Origin: Candidatus Aquidulcis sp.
GTDB taxonomy: Bacteria > Chloroflexota > Limnocylindria > Limnocylindrales > Limnocylindraceae
Reading direction: 5' to 3'
Length of the DNA: 64,000 nucleotides
Assembly (NCBI GenBank): GCA_009919005.1
Contig: RGCW01000002.1
Coordinates: 4,279 to 68,278 of the forward strand
Shown: positions 55,722-64,000 of the stretch, piece by piece
How the letters are laid out: each line of letters opens with the position of its first letter
Numbering within the stretch: the first letter of the stretch is position 1
The notes under the pieces: generated by a model
Told to the model about the DNA's origin: nothing
Seen by the model: only the letters and a program-made list of their open reading frames with translations
Databases searched by the model: none
Position numbers and translations under genes: made by a program

Positions 55722-56213
55722 ATGGGTGCTGAGAATTCGTTTGATGTCGTTTCGGAGTATGACGAGCAAGAGCTGAAGAATGCTTTAGATCAAACGCGCC
55801 GAGAGATCGCAACTCGCTATGATTTTCGAGATGCTACAGCTGAGATCAAAGAAGAGAAGGGCGAGCTTGTTATCCGGGTTGATGGAGATTTGCGATTAAA
55901 GGCACTTCGGGACATCCTCGAATCAAAGTCTGTAAAACGCGGCATTGACCTCCGAACGTACGAGTGGGGGAAGGTTGAGGCGGCCGGCGGGGATACCCTG
56001 CGAATCCACGTTAAACTTCGGAAAGGCCTTGATGATGTCGCCGCAAAAAAGATTGCGAAATTCATACGAGACACGTTCCCCAAGGTGAAAACCCAGATCC
56101 AAGGAGAGGCGGTGCGAGTCACCGGTAAATCTCGTGACGAGTTACAAGAGGTGATGGCCCGCCTGAAGGAGCTAGATGTTGAGCGCCCCTTGCAGTTTGA
56201 GAATTATCGGTAG
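55722..56213 (+). CDS. YajQ-family nucleotide-binding protein (UPF0234)
   Basis: 163 aa with the SFDVVSEYDEQELKNALDQTRREIATRYDFR N-terminus typical of YajQ. AAGGAGG RBS upstream. Confidence 0.85.
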   Translation: MGAENSFDVVSEYDEQELKNALDQTRREIATRYDFRDATAEIKEEKGELVIRVDGDLRLKALRDILESKSVKRGIDLRTYEWGKVEAAGGDTLRIHVKLRKGLDDVAAKKIAKFIRDTFPKVKTQIQGEAVRVTGKSRDELQEVMARLKELDVERPLQFENYR

Positions 56214-56216
56214 TCA

Positions 56217-57776
56217 GTGATCAGAGCCATCAGTGACATCGCCGCCGGGCTGGAACCTCCTCGGAAGGGTGCGCCACTCCGCCCTGGGGTTCGGCTGCAC
56301 GTCATCGGTGTTGGTGGCACCGCTTCACTAGCAGCGGCGCTTCACGCTAAGGCCTTAGGGCTGAGCGTTTCTGGATACGACCAAGCGCTGACGAACGCTA
56401 CGAGGGAAATCCTGACCGAGGCGGGTGTTCGAATCGGATCTGCCATAGACGCTGATATGATCTCGCACTGCGGGAGTCTGAACTCCAACAGTTTGGTCGC
56501 CGTATCAAAGGCGATCACGAGCACGAATCCGGATCATCCAGAATTGGCTGCAGCCCGAACTGCCGGCGCTCATCTGATCTCGGTTCAGCAAATCATTGCC
56601 GACGCGGCCGCAACTCGCGGTGGGTTGCTGATTGGCATTGGCGGAACCCACGGCAAAACAACTACCACCGGATGGGTTCTTGATGCTCTGATTCGCTCTG
56701 GTTTAAACCCATCTGCATTCGTTGGTGGCCCGCTGGTGATGGGTATAGGCACGCCGCCTGGTTCCCCTGTGCATATTGGTTCCGAACCTGGTTTCATCGT
56801 GGAGGCTGATGAGTATGGCGGAAATTTTGATCCCTACTACGCAGATCGAGCTCTTATACTCAATGTTGACTGGGACCACCCTGACATCTTTAGCGATAGG
56901 CGGGCAGCAGTTGAAACGTTTGCACGCTGGGCAACGACTCCAGCAGCGGGCGGGGTTCTTTTCATTAACACCTCAGACACAGGCGGAGCTGAACTCGCGA
57001 CATTGATGGCGAAGGAGAGTCACCACGGGCTCTATACCATCAGAATCGCAACATCGCGCGATTCAACTAATGCCGATGTTGTAGGGCGAGTTATTTCGCG
57101 AGGGGAGGGGGGCTACTCCCTTGAACTGACCCACCTAACCGATCGTGCCGCTGCAGCCGCGCCAGCACTTCTGCAGTTGCGTTCAGAGCAGATTCCCCTG
57201 GCACTCCTCGGATCACACAACGCCAGCAATGCACTCGGTGTCGCCGCACTTGCGGCGAGCGCAGGGGGCACAGCGGAGGGCATCTCTCAGTCGCTCGCCC
57301 AGTTCACTGGCGTGGGGCGACGACTGGAGGCACGCTACGACGCTTCAGGGATCACAGTCCTTGACGATTACGGCCATCATCCAACCGCAATTGATGTGAC
57401 CCTCGCGACGGTCCGCGATCGCTATCCCGGTCGCAAACTTGTGCTGGCCATTGAGCCGTTGACCTACCATCGCACGGCGGCACTCCTTGACTCACTGGCT
57501 CGGTCCTGTAGCGCTGCGGATGAAGTGGCTGTCGCTGAAATCTTCGCGGTTCGTGACCTCGACACAACCAGCGTTACCTCCGAGGACCTCGCACGCCGCA
57601 TAGCGGCGCTCGGGACGCCAGCTACGGCGCCGGGGACTGTGCTGGAGACTGCTGCCGCGCTCCTGCCAACCATCGCTCCAAATTCAGTGGTCTTGGTCAT
57701 GGGCGGTGGGCGATCCACAGAGCTTGCCGCTGCGCTAGCGGATGGCCTTGCCGCGCGAGGTGCTCTCCGCGGCTGA
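56217..57776 (+). CDS. Mur ligase family protein (MurC/Mpl-like)
   Basis: N-terminal Rossmann HVIGVGGTASLAAALHAKALGLSVSGYD, P-loop GIGGTHGKTTTTG, and DDYGHHPTAI motif. MurC and Mpl cannot be separated by eye. Confidence 0.7.
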   Translation: MIRAISDIAAGLEPPRKGAPLRPGVRLHVIGVGGTASLAAALHAKALGLSVSGYDQALTNATREILTEAGVRIGSAIDADMISHCGSLNSNSLVAVSKAITSTNPDHPELAAARTAGAHLISVQQIIADAAATRGGLLIGIGGTHGKTTTTGWVLDALIRSGLNPSAFVGGPLVMGIGTPPGSPVHIGSEPGFIVEADEYGGNFDPYYADRALILNVDWDHPDIFSDRRAAVETFARWATTPAAGGVLFINTSDTGGAELATLMAKESHHGLYTIRIATSRDSTNADVVGRVISRGEGGYSLELTHLTDRAAAAAPALLQLRSEQIPLALLGSHNASNALGVAALAASAGGTAEGISQSLAQFTGVGRRLEARYDASGITVLDDYGHHPTAIDVTLATVRDRYPGRKLVLAIEPLTYHRTAALLDSLARSCSAADEVAVAEIFAVRDLDTTSVTSEDLARRIAALGTPATAPGTVLETAAALLPTIAPNSVVLVMGGGRSTELAAALADGLAARGALRG

Positions 57777-57804
57777 CCCCGGGGGTAGAGCGCCGGCGTT
57801 GGGA

Positions 57805-59415
57805 TTAAGCGCCGTCGGGTGCCCCTGCGGTAGCGTCGGGACCCGGTGGAACCTTCTGGGCCGCTTCGGCCGCAACGGACTTTGCCTGCTCACTCTGCGG
57901 TCGAGAGAACAGTGGGTGACCGTCCGAGGTTAGACATCGACCCGTTGCGAGGTCCCACTGCCAGCCGTGGATGCTGCAGGTCAAGGTGTCGCCGTCGGTG
58001 GTGCCAAATCGTGTCAAATCTGCCTTCATATGCGGGCATCGGCGCTGCACCTGCCAACCAGAGAGATCGAATGTGCCCTCAGAGGGCCCGTTTTCGGCAT
58101 AGAAGCCCTCGGCGTACTGAATGCGAGCAGGGGAGAGGCATTTGAACCAGGTATAGACGTAATCGTTGTACGCCCCCTTGCGCCAGGCTGTGAAGCGCAT
58201 CGAGAGGAAGAGGCTATTGACCCAATCGTCAGTGCGCGTGCGGACTAGATGGTCCAGCAGGGGGCGAGGGATGGCGAACCGGAACTCAACCTCACGACCG
58301 TCGTCTGCAACCACAGACCGTTCTGGAAAATCAAGCAGGATTGCTTCGTCGTCTGTCTGGATCTTGACGGTCGTGCCGATACCGTCACAGACGCGAGGGC
58401 CAAGCGCCATGAGAGGTTCTAGCCACGCCTTGAGCTCAGGCAGCAGATGGGTGCGTGGCCCAAGCCAGCGAGCCTTTTCGGCAGCAATACGGGGTGCCAT
58501 ATCGGCTGCGTATCTGCGCAAATACACCTCTTTATCTGCAAAGACACTCTGCACAGACAGTTCCCCCTGCGGATGATGCACCTTGAACTCTCCGGAGGCA
58601 GTGAACTCGCCAACGCTCCCTGGAAGCATGAGGACTGCAGCCTGGCCCTCGGCGTTCAACCGTTCAACCATGAACCGCTGATCAGGGAAGATGGAATCTT
58701 CTGCGTTGTTGACGTCATTCCAGCGGAAGAGATCGTCGTCCAAAAAGCAGGGGGGGCCCGCCGACGGGATGACGACGCGCGGAGCAATGATTTCCGCGTA
58801 CCGGGCGGCACGCGTAAACTGCGCCGAGCGCTTCTTCTTTGCCAGGGCCTCAGCAGCTTTGGCAGGCATCTCGTAGACCATTGGGTACCAGATTGCACCG
58901 CTGAACTGTAAGAGGCAGATATCTATCGGGCCCTGCACGAGGAGGCGATCGGGGTCTGTCGGGCGGCTGTCGTTGAGGTTCAGCAGGCGTTCGACGCCGT
59001 CATCGACCAGCAGGGCGGAATCGCCAATCGGACCGTCTGTCGGGGCCGTCAAAGCCTCCACAACGAACAGTAGACCGCCGTGGCGCACTGGAACGCCTGA
59101 CTGTGTCTCGATAAATGAGCGAAATCCGAGCCCCTCGAGTGCCTCTTTGAGCTCGGGCAGCGGATAGGCCGGCAGAATCACCACCGCATCCTTGTTGCAG
59201 TACGCCGCGAGCCACTCAGGGTCGAAGTGGTCCCGGTGCAGATGGCTGATGTAGAGGTAATCGGTCGCGCCGAGTGCGGCGTGATCGAGGGTGTCGTTTC
59301 GCGGGTATGGGAACCAACTTGCGAAATATGCGGGGTTGAACCAGGGGTCGCACAGGATTGACCCGTGAGCGGTGTGGATCTTAACGCCGGCCTGAGCGAT
59401 GAATTCGATCCGCAT
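57805..59415 (-). CDS. MBL-fold hydrolase / Rieske [2Fe-2S] fusion protein
   Basis: N-terminal HxHxDH (SHLHRDHFD) in an MBL-like fold. C-terminal Rieske ligands CPH...CSIH (RRCPHMKADL...TCSIHGWQWD). Confidence 0.75.
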   Translation of the reverse strand: MRIEFIAQAGVKIHTAHGSILCDPWFNPAYFASWFPYPRNDTLDHAALGATDYLYISHLHRDHFDPEWLAAYCNKDAVVILPAYPLPELKEALEGLGFRSFIETQSGVPVRHGGLLFVVEALTAPTDGPIGDSALLVDDGVERLLNLNDSRPTDPDRLLVQGPIDICLLQFSGAIWYPMVYEMPAKAAEALAKKKRSAQFTRAARYAEIIAPRVVIPSAGPPCFLDDDLFRWNDVNNAEDSIFPDQRFMVERLNAEGQAAVLMLPGSVGEFTASGEFKVHHPQGELSVQSVFADKEVYLRRYAADMAPRIAAEKARWLGPRTHLLPELKAWLEPLMALGPRVCDGIGTTVKIQTDDEAILLDFPERSVVADDGREVEFRFAIPRPLLDHLVRTRTDDWVNSLFLSMRFTAWRKGAYNDYVYTWFKCLSPARIQYAEGFYAENGPSEGTFDLSGWQVQRRCPHMKADLTRFGTTDGDTLTCSIHGWQWDLATGRCLTSDGHPLFSRPQSEQAKSVAAEAAQKVPPGPDATAGAPDGA

Positions 59416-59421
59416 GTGCGG

Positions 59422-59427
59422 AGGATA
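59422..59427 (-). promoter_or_regulatory. candidate -10 (TATCCT) 6 nt before the MBL-Rieske ATG (leaderless arrangement)
   Basis: The minus strand reads TATCCT, then ccgcac, then ATG. The upstream sequence holds CCTCC, not GGAGG, so there is no SD. Confidence 0.3.
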
Positions 59428-59559
59428 GCGGCGATCTGTGCTCAGCGCCCAGCATGCTTCGTCACATAACTATCATTATCGGAACCACCATCCCGCCGAG
59501 GCGCCATCCAACAGTTCGCCCATTGACCTGCGCCAGCTCTCCGACCGCGGGGCGTTGTT

Positions 59560-60846
59560 CTACAGCAGGCGTGCTGTTGCGCTTCGCCGAAGCCGCTTTA
59601 GTTCGCTGGCGATCTCCGCCGTGGCAAAACCTGTGACATGGAGTGCATCCTCTTCGTAGGCAACCTGAATGCCACCCCGGGCGCGCAGGGCCTCAACCTC
59701 CCCCACCACCGTGTACGGCAGGCGGAGGTCGACTGGGGTGCCCTGCCGTTGTAGCGCCGCCTCTACAGCACTGCGCAGTGGACCTAGGCCCACACCGGTA
59801 GCCGCCGAAACCCCAAGAGCAGCGGAATCAATCTCGCGGGCATGGATCGGGGCGGCGTCAATCTTGTTCGCGGCGACAATACGCGGTTTCTGGGCAGCTC
59901 CCAGCTCCTCGAGTACCGCTTGAACCGTCGCTCGGTGCTCGTGGGCATGGTGATCGGAGGCGTCAACGACCTCAAGAAGCAGATCGGCGCGCGCGACCTC
60001 TTCAAGCGTCGCCCGAAATGCGTCAACCAACTGGTGCGGAAGCTTGTGAATGAATCCGACCGTATCGGTCACCACGGCATGGAGACCACCTGGGAGTCGC
60101 ACGCGGCGACTTGTAGGGTCGAGGGTCGCAAAGAGTCGATCCTCGGCGAGCACCTCTGTGCTCCCAACCAGGCTGTTCAACAGGGTGGACTTGCCCGCAT
60201 TCGTGTAGCCAACGATTGCGACGGTTGGCTCACCGCGGCTCGTGCGACTCTTCGCTCCTGTCTCTCGACTTCTCCTCACCTGGTCGACGCGCGCCTTCAT
60301 CACCGAAATTCGATCTCGAATGAGTCGACGGTCGGTTTCAAGTTGTGACTCTCCAGGGCCCCGAGTGCCGATACCGCCACCGGTACGCGAGAGGTGCGTC
60401 CACAGCTTCGTGAGGCGCGGGAGCTGATACTCAAGTTGCGCCAACTCAACCTGAAGTCGACCCTCCCGAGTTCTGGCATGAAGGGCAAAGATGTCAAGGA
60501 TTAGCCGACTTCGATCAATGACTTTGACGCCGAGGATCTCCTCAAGGCCCCGCTGTTGCGTGGGTGAGAGTTCGTCATCCGCGATCAGCACGGTAAATCC
60601 TGTCTCAAGCTTAGCACTCAGTAACTCCTGCGCTTTCCCTGCACCGATGTAGGTGTCAGGATCCGGGTGGCGACGCTGTTGCCACTCTGCACCAACTACC
60701 TCTGCGCCGGCGGTACGTGCAAGACTGCCGAGCTCCTCAAGGCTGTCCTCGGCGGGCCAGCCAACATCACTCCCCGTATCAACCGCGATGAGAAACGCTC
60801 GCTCAGGCGTGGGCGTCAGGTCAATTGGAGCGGTTCGCTTTGTCAC
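59560..60846 (-). CDS. hflX: GTPase HflX
   Basis: HflX N-terminal domain plus G-domain GYTNAGKSTL, DTVGF and NKID motifs. Confidence 0.9.
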   Translation of the reverse strand: MTKRTAPIDLTPTPERAFLIAVDTGSDVGWPAEDSLEELGSLARTAGAEVVGAEWQQRRHPDPDTYIGAGKAQELLSAKLETGFTVLIADDELSPTQQRGLEEILGVKVIDRSRLILDIFALHARTREGRLQVELAQLEYQLPRLTKLWTHLSRTGGGIGTRGPGESQLETDRRLIRDRISVMKARVDQVRRSRETGAKSRTSRGEPTVAIVGYTNAGKSTLLNSLVGSTEVLAEDRLFATLDPTSRRVRLPGGLHAVVTDTVGFIHKLPHQLVDAFRATLEEVARADLLLEVVDASDHHAHEHRATVQAVLEELGAAQKPRIVAANKIDAAPIHAREIDSAALGVSAATGVGLGPLRSAVEAALQRQGTPVDLRLPYTVVGEVEALRARGGIQVAYEEDALHVTGFATAEIASELKRLRRSATARLL

Positions 60847-60853
60847 CGTGCCC

Positions 60854-61807
60854 TTAGCGTACCGCGATCCGCACAGCGTGCGGAATCAGATCATTGGCAA
60901 TGGCTGCTGCATCGCGCCCATCGGTCATGATCGTTGTCGTAAGTGCCTCAGAGCGATACCAGGTTCGCTGACGGCGCGCATAGGCCCAGGTCCTTGTGGC
61001 GGCTATTCCAATAGCCCGCTCCCGATCAAGAGTGTGGTCAAGGTAGCCCTGCGCCTCGCGATAACCAATTCCCGAGAGGGCCGGCGTATCTACGGGAAGG
61101 CGCGCGACGAGTCGTTCAGTCTCCTCAACCAGACCGCTGTCAAACTGGCGGCGAACCCGCGTAGCAATGACGCCTCGATGTCGTTCGATGTTGCTGTCAT
61201 CAATCTGGATGTAGGTGGTCTCCCCTTTCCAGGGATCCTCTTCTGCGGCGAGCGGGTCGCCGCCGAGGCGAACGATCTCAAGGGTCCTGATGAGGCGTCG
61301 AGGGCTCGCCGATGCAACTACCGCCGCCGCTTCGGGATGTCGTTGGTGGAGTTCAGCATCAAGTGGTGCGCGGCCATGTACTGCCAGGTCAGCTTCGAGT
61401 TGTGACCGAATGAGGGGATGGCTCGGTCGCGACCCTCCAGAGAGGAATCCTTTGAGGAGTCCCCGTTGATACAGCCCAGTTCCGCCAACGACGATCGCCA
61501 CACCCGCCCCGGCGTTCGCCGCCTGGTGGGCGGCGATTGCGCCACGAGCCGCGTCCAGCCAGTCGTATAGGGTGAACGGGTCGCTGGCCTCGGCGATGTC
61601 AATACAGGCATGTGGGCGCGTCGCGCGAATCTCAGCAGAAACCTTGTCAGTGCCGATATCAAAACCACGAAACACCTGACGAGAGTCGGCGGAGATCAAC
61701 AAGGACGGGATCCCACGTTCATCTAGGGACTCCGCAAGGGCAATGGCAACGGCGCTCTTTCCCACAGCCGTAGGGCCGCCGATTGCAAGAATCGGCAGGA
61801 CTGACAT
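60854..61807 (-). CDS. miaA: tRNA dimethylallyltransferase
   Basis: P-loop GGPTAVGKS. The start is taken at the ATG one nucleotide after the rny stop. The ORF-track start 61825 would overlap rny. Confidence 0.9.
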   Translation of the reverse strand: MSVLPILAIGGPTAVGKSAVAIALAESLDERGIPSLLISADSRQVFRGFDIGTDKVSAEIRATRPHACIDIAEASDPFTLYDWLDAARGAIAAHQAANAGAGVAIVVGGTGLYQRGLLKGFLSGGSRPSHPLIRSQLEADLAVHGRAPLDAELHQRHPEAAAVVASASPRRLIRTLEIVRLGGDPLAAEEDPWKGETTYIQIDDSNIERHRGVIATRVRRQFDSGLVEETERLVARLPVDTPALSGIGYREAQGYLDHTLDRERAIGIAATRTWAYARRQRTWYRSEALTTTIMTDGRDAAAIANDLIPHAVRIAVR

Positions 61808-61808
61808 G

Positions 61809-63335
61809 TTATCGGGCGTAATCAACCGCCCGCGTTTCGCGAATGACCGTCACGCGAATCTGTCCTGGATATGCGAGTTGCTCTTCAATGCGCTTCACTA
61901 CGTCGCGAGCGATTGAACGCGCGTCGTCATCGCTCACCTGCTCTGGCCGAACCAAGATGCGGACCTCGCGCCCGGCCTGTACTGCATAGACCTTCTCGAC
62001 GCCGTCGAAGCTGAGTGCGATCTGCTGCAAATCTTCTAGGCGCCGCAGGTGAGCCTCACCTTGATCGCCACGAGCTCCGGGACGTGCCGCGCTGATCGCG
62101 TCTGCTACTTGCACGATCGGAGCCTCGCGAGCGGTGCACTCTACCTCTTGGTGGTGCGCAGCAATCGCGTTCACGATCCCTTCAGGCATTCCATGACGTC
62201 GAGCCAAGTCGGCACCGATCGCAGCGTGGGTACCCTCAATCTCATGGTCGAGCGCCTTACCGATATCGTGGAGCAGCCCGCCAACCTTTGCCGCACGGAT
62301 ATCCATGCCCAATTCGCCGGCGACCGCACCTGCAACTTGGGCAGTTTCAATTGAGTGCAACAAGACGTTTTGACCGTACGAGGTGCGCCACTGGAGTCGC
62401 CCGAGGATTCGCAGCAACTCCGAAGGAATCCCGGTTACACCGACCGTCAGTGCCGCCGCTTCGCCATTCTTCAGCGCATCAGCGTCAACCTCGCTTTGCG
62501 CCTTGGCAACGACCTCCTCGATCCGGATCGGATGAATCCGACCGTCTTGCATCAGCCGCTCGAGGGCGACGCGAGCAACCTGTCGACGCACTGGATCAAA
62601 CGACGAAAGGGTGACCTGTAGGGGCGTCTCGTCGATAAGCAGCTCAACGCCAGTGGCCGCCTCGAGCGCGCGGATGTTTCGACCTTCTCGACCGATCAGG
62701 CGCCCCTTCATCTCATCAGAGGCCAACTTGACGTGGGTCACTGAGTGCTCAGCACTGTGGTCGGCGGCGACACGCTGCATGGCCGTCAGGATCATGTCGC
62801 GCGCGCGATCCGCGGCGTCCTCTTGTGCTCGTCGCTCTAGCGCAACCTGAAGGCGCTTGCTCTCTCGTTCCGCCTCTTCGGTAAAGCGAGAGAGCACCTC
62901 GCTTCGGGCCGATTCGGGATCGAGCCCCGCGACCTCAGCGAGACGGGAATTGATGTTGGCACGAGCGACATCGAGGGCCACCGACTCCTCCACGAGTGAC
63001 CGCTCCCGTTCGGCGATGGCAACCTCGCGTTCGGCGAAGAAGGCTTCGCGTTCACCGAGCGTGACCTCCCTCAGGCGGAGGCGCTCCGATTCGGCCGCGG
63101 CAGCCTCACGATCTGCCTGTTGGGCGAGGTCCGCCTCAGCACGAAGGCGCGAGATCTCGCCCTTGGCGCTGATCACGAGAGCACTCTGCTGCTGTCGCGC
63201 CTCCTCAAGGATTGCTGACGCGCGCCGTTGCGCGGCGCGAATGGAGGCGACTCCAACCACGCTCCGGAGGACCAGGCCAACGGCGATACCGAATAGGGCG
63301 AAGAGCACGGGGGCGATCCCGTTCAAGTCCGTCAT
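61809..63335 (-). CDS. rny: ribonuclease Y
   Basis: N-terminal TM helix, coiled coil, KH (GREGRNIRALE) and HD domain (GLLHDIGK). AGGAGA RBS upstream. Confidence 0.9.
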   Translation of the reverse strand: MTDLNGIAPVLFALFGIAVGLVLRSVVGVASIRAAQRRASAILEEARQQQSALVISAKGEISRLRAEADLAQQADREAAAAESERLRLREVTLGEREAFFAEREVAIAERERSLVEESVALDVARANINSRLAEVAGLDPESARSEVLSRFTEEAERESKRLQVALERRAQEDAADRARDMILTAMQRVAADHSAEHSVTHVKLASDEMKGRLIGREGRNIRALEAATGVELLIDETPLQVTLSSFDPVRRQVARVALERLMQDGRIHPIRIEEVVAKAQSEVDADALKNGEAAALTVGVTGIPSELLRILGRLQWRTSYGQNVLLHSIETAQVAGAVAGELGMDIRAAKVGGLLHDIGKALDHEIEGTHAAIGADLARRHGMPEGIVNAIAAHHQEVECTAREAPIVQVADAISAARPGARGDQGEAHLRRLEDLQQIALSFDGVEKVYAVQAGREVRILVRPEQVSDDDARSIARDVVKRIEEQLAYPGQIRVTVIRETRAVDYAR

Positions 63336-63384
63336 GTAGTTCTCCTGCCAGGCGTGCCCCGCGGTCTGGCTCGCGGTAAATCAA

Positions 63385-63410
63385 TCACAAAACCCAGGTA
63401 AACCCTGGGG
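63385..63410 (-). terminator. candidate intrinsic terminator after recX
   Basis: The minus strand reads CCCAGG-GTTTA-CCTGGG followed by TTTTGTGATTGATTT. The stem is short (6 bp) and the T-tract is interrupted. Confidence 0.45.
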
Positions 63411-63471
63411 AGAGGAGGCTACGCCTCGGCGTCGGTTCGGTCAAACGCCCGTGTATGGGTGCGTGCGGAGG

Positions 63472-64000
63472 CTATTCCCCGTCCAGATCCTCGCTTGCCA
63501 GATCGACATTCGCCTGTCCGGCGACCCGCTCACGAGCGAGACGCCAGCACAGGGCACTTGGGAATCCTCTCCGGGCAAGGCTCTGTGCCAGCCGTTGGAC
63601 CTCAACCCGCGGATCCCCACCGCGGAGACGCAGTTTGGCGAGCGCCACCCGAGCTGCTCGCTCCTCTGCCCCAACACTCTGGTCCCCCGCCGCTGGCACT
63701 GGCTCTCTCCCCGGCAGATCGGTGCGCTCGTGCCCTCCCGCCGCCCGCCGTTCGAGCAGCCCACGCGCGAGATCCTCATCAACACCGCGACGGAGCAGCT
63801 CCTGAAGAAGTGCCCGATCACCGCGTGGGCGCGATCGATCCCGTGAATCTAGGATCGCCTGCGCGTACCGTTCATCATCGATTAGCCCGATCTCCACGAG
63901 TCGAGCAACAGCGGCGCGAACGTGCGCCTCTGGATACCCCGCGCTGGTCAGGCGTTCCTCGAGGCTCTTGCGAGAACGCGGCGCGCCACTGAGCGACCGG
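63472..64000 (-). CDS. recX: recombination regulator RecX (5' end beyond window)
   Basis: Repeated three-helix RecX pattern (LEERLTSAGYPEAHVRAAVARLVEIGLIDDERYA...). The frame stays open to the window edge, so the gene is partial. Confidence 0.8.
   Translation of the reverse strand, partial: RSLSGAPRSRKSLEERLTSAGYPEAHVRAAVARLVEIGLIDDERYAQAILDSRDRSRPRGDRALLQELLRRGVDEDLARGLLERRAAGGHERTDLPGREPVPAAGDQSVGAEERAARVALAKLRLRGGDPRVEVQRLAQSLARRGFPSALCWRLARERVAGQANVDLASEDLDGE

Noticed and set aside
63451-63992. Three overlapping plus-strand ORFs (116-177 aa) at the right end of the window
   Set aside because: They lie opposite the RecX reading frame, which has clear family similarity. They are P/R/A-rich shadow frames.
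1-64000. Search by eye for CRISPR arrays, transposase or integrase genes, tandem repeats, rRNA, tRNA, RNase P, tmRNA or SRP RNA
   Set aside because: No spaced direct repeats or recombinase-like ORFs were seen. No non-coding gap exceeds about 175 nt, so there is no room for such elements. Small sRNAs cannot be excluded by eye.

Overview
This 64-kb window is a nearly gap-free stretch of core chromosome, GC-rich by eye (not computed), from a Gram-positive-type (Terrabacteria) bacterium; I cannot resolve the lineage from sequence alone. I call 61 protein genes, 54 of them on the + strand, and many are joined by 4-nt ATGA/GTGA stop/start overlaps. I found no rRNA, tRNA, CRISPR array, mobile element or large repeat. 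Gene order follows the well-known Bacillus-type backbone: ileS-lspA-rluD, gmk-priA-def-fmt-rlmN-rpe, rpmB/yloV-recG, yceD-rpmF-plsX-acpP-rnc-smc-ftsY, ffh-rpsP-rimM-trmD-rplS-rnhB, rpsB-tsf-pyrH-frr-uppS-cdsA-dxr-rseP-ispG, nusA-ylxR-infB-rbfA-truB-ribF-rpsO-pnp, and asd-rnj-ftsK-rodZ. A recX-rny-miaA-hflX block lies on the opposite strand. The most unusual observation is a PNPase (867 aa) whose alpha-helical linker is interrupted by a complete DEDDh (DnaQ/RNase T-like) 3'-5' exonuclease domain. Other items worth a second look:
- Ffh loses all recognisable similarity just before the conserved SRP-RNA-binding motif.
- The RibF riboflavin-kinase half looks degenerate.
- nusA can only be reached by reading through a strong intrinsic terminator.
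- ffh and an opposite-strand MFS gene start head to head inside one ACATGT palindrome.
- Three genes carry a TANNNT-N6-ATG arrangement that suggests leaderless transcription.
- An MBL-fold/Rieske fusion protein has no assignable function.
All calls rest on reading the translated ORFs and the DNA by eye. No database search or computation was run.
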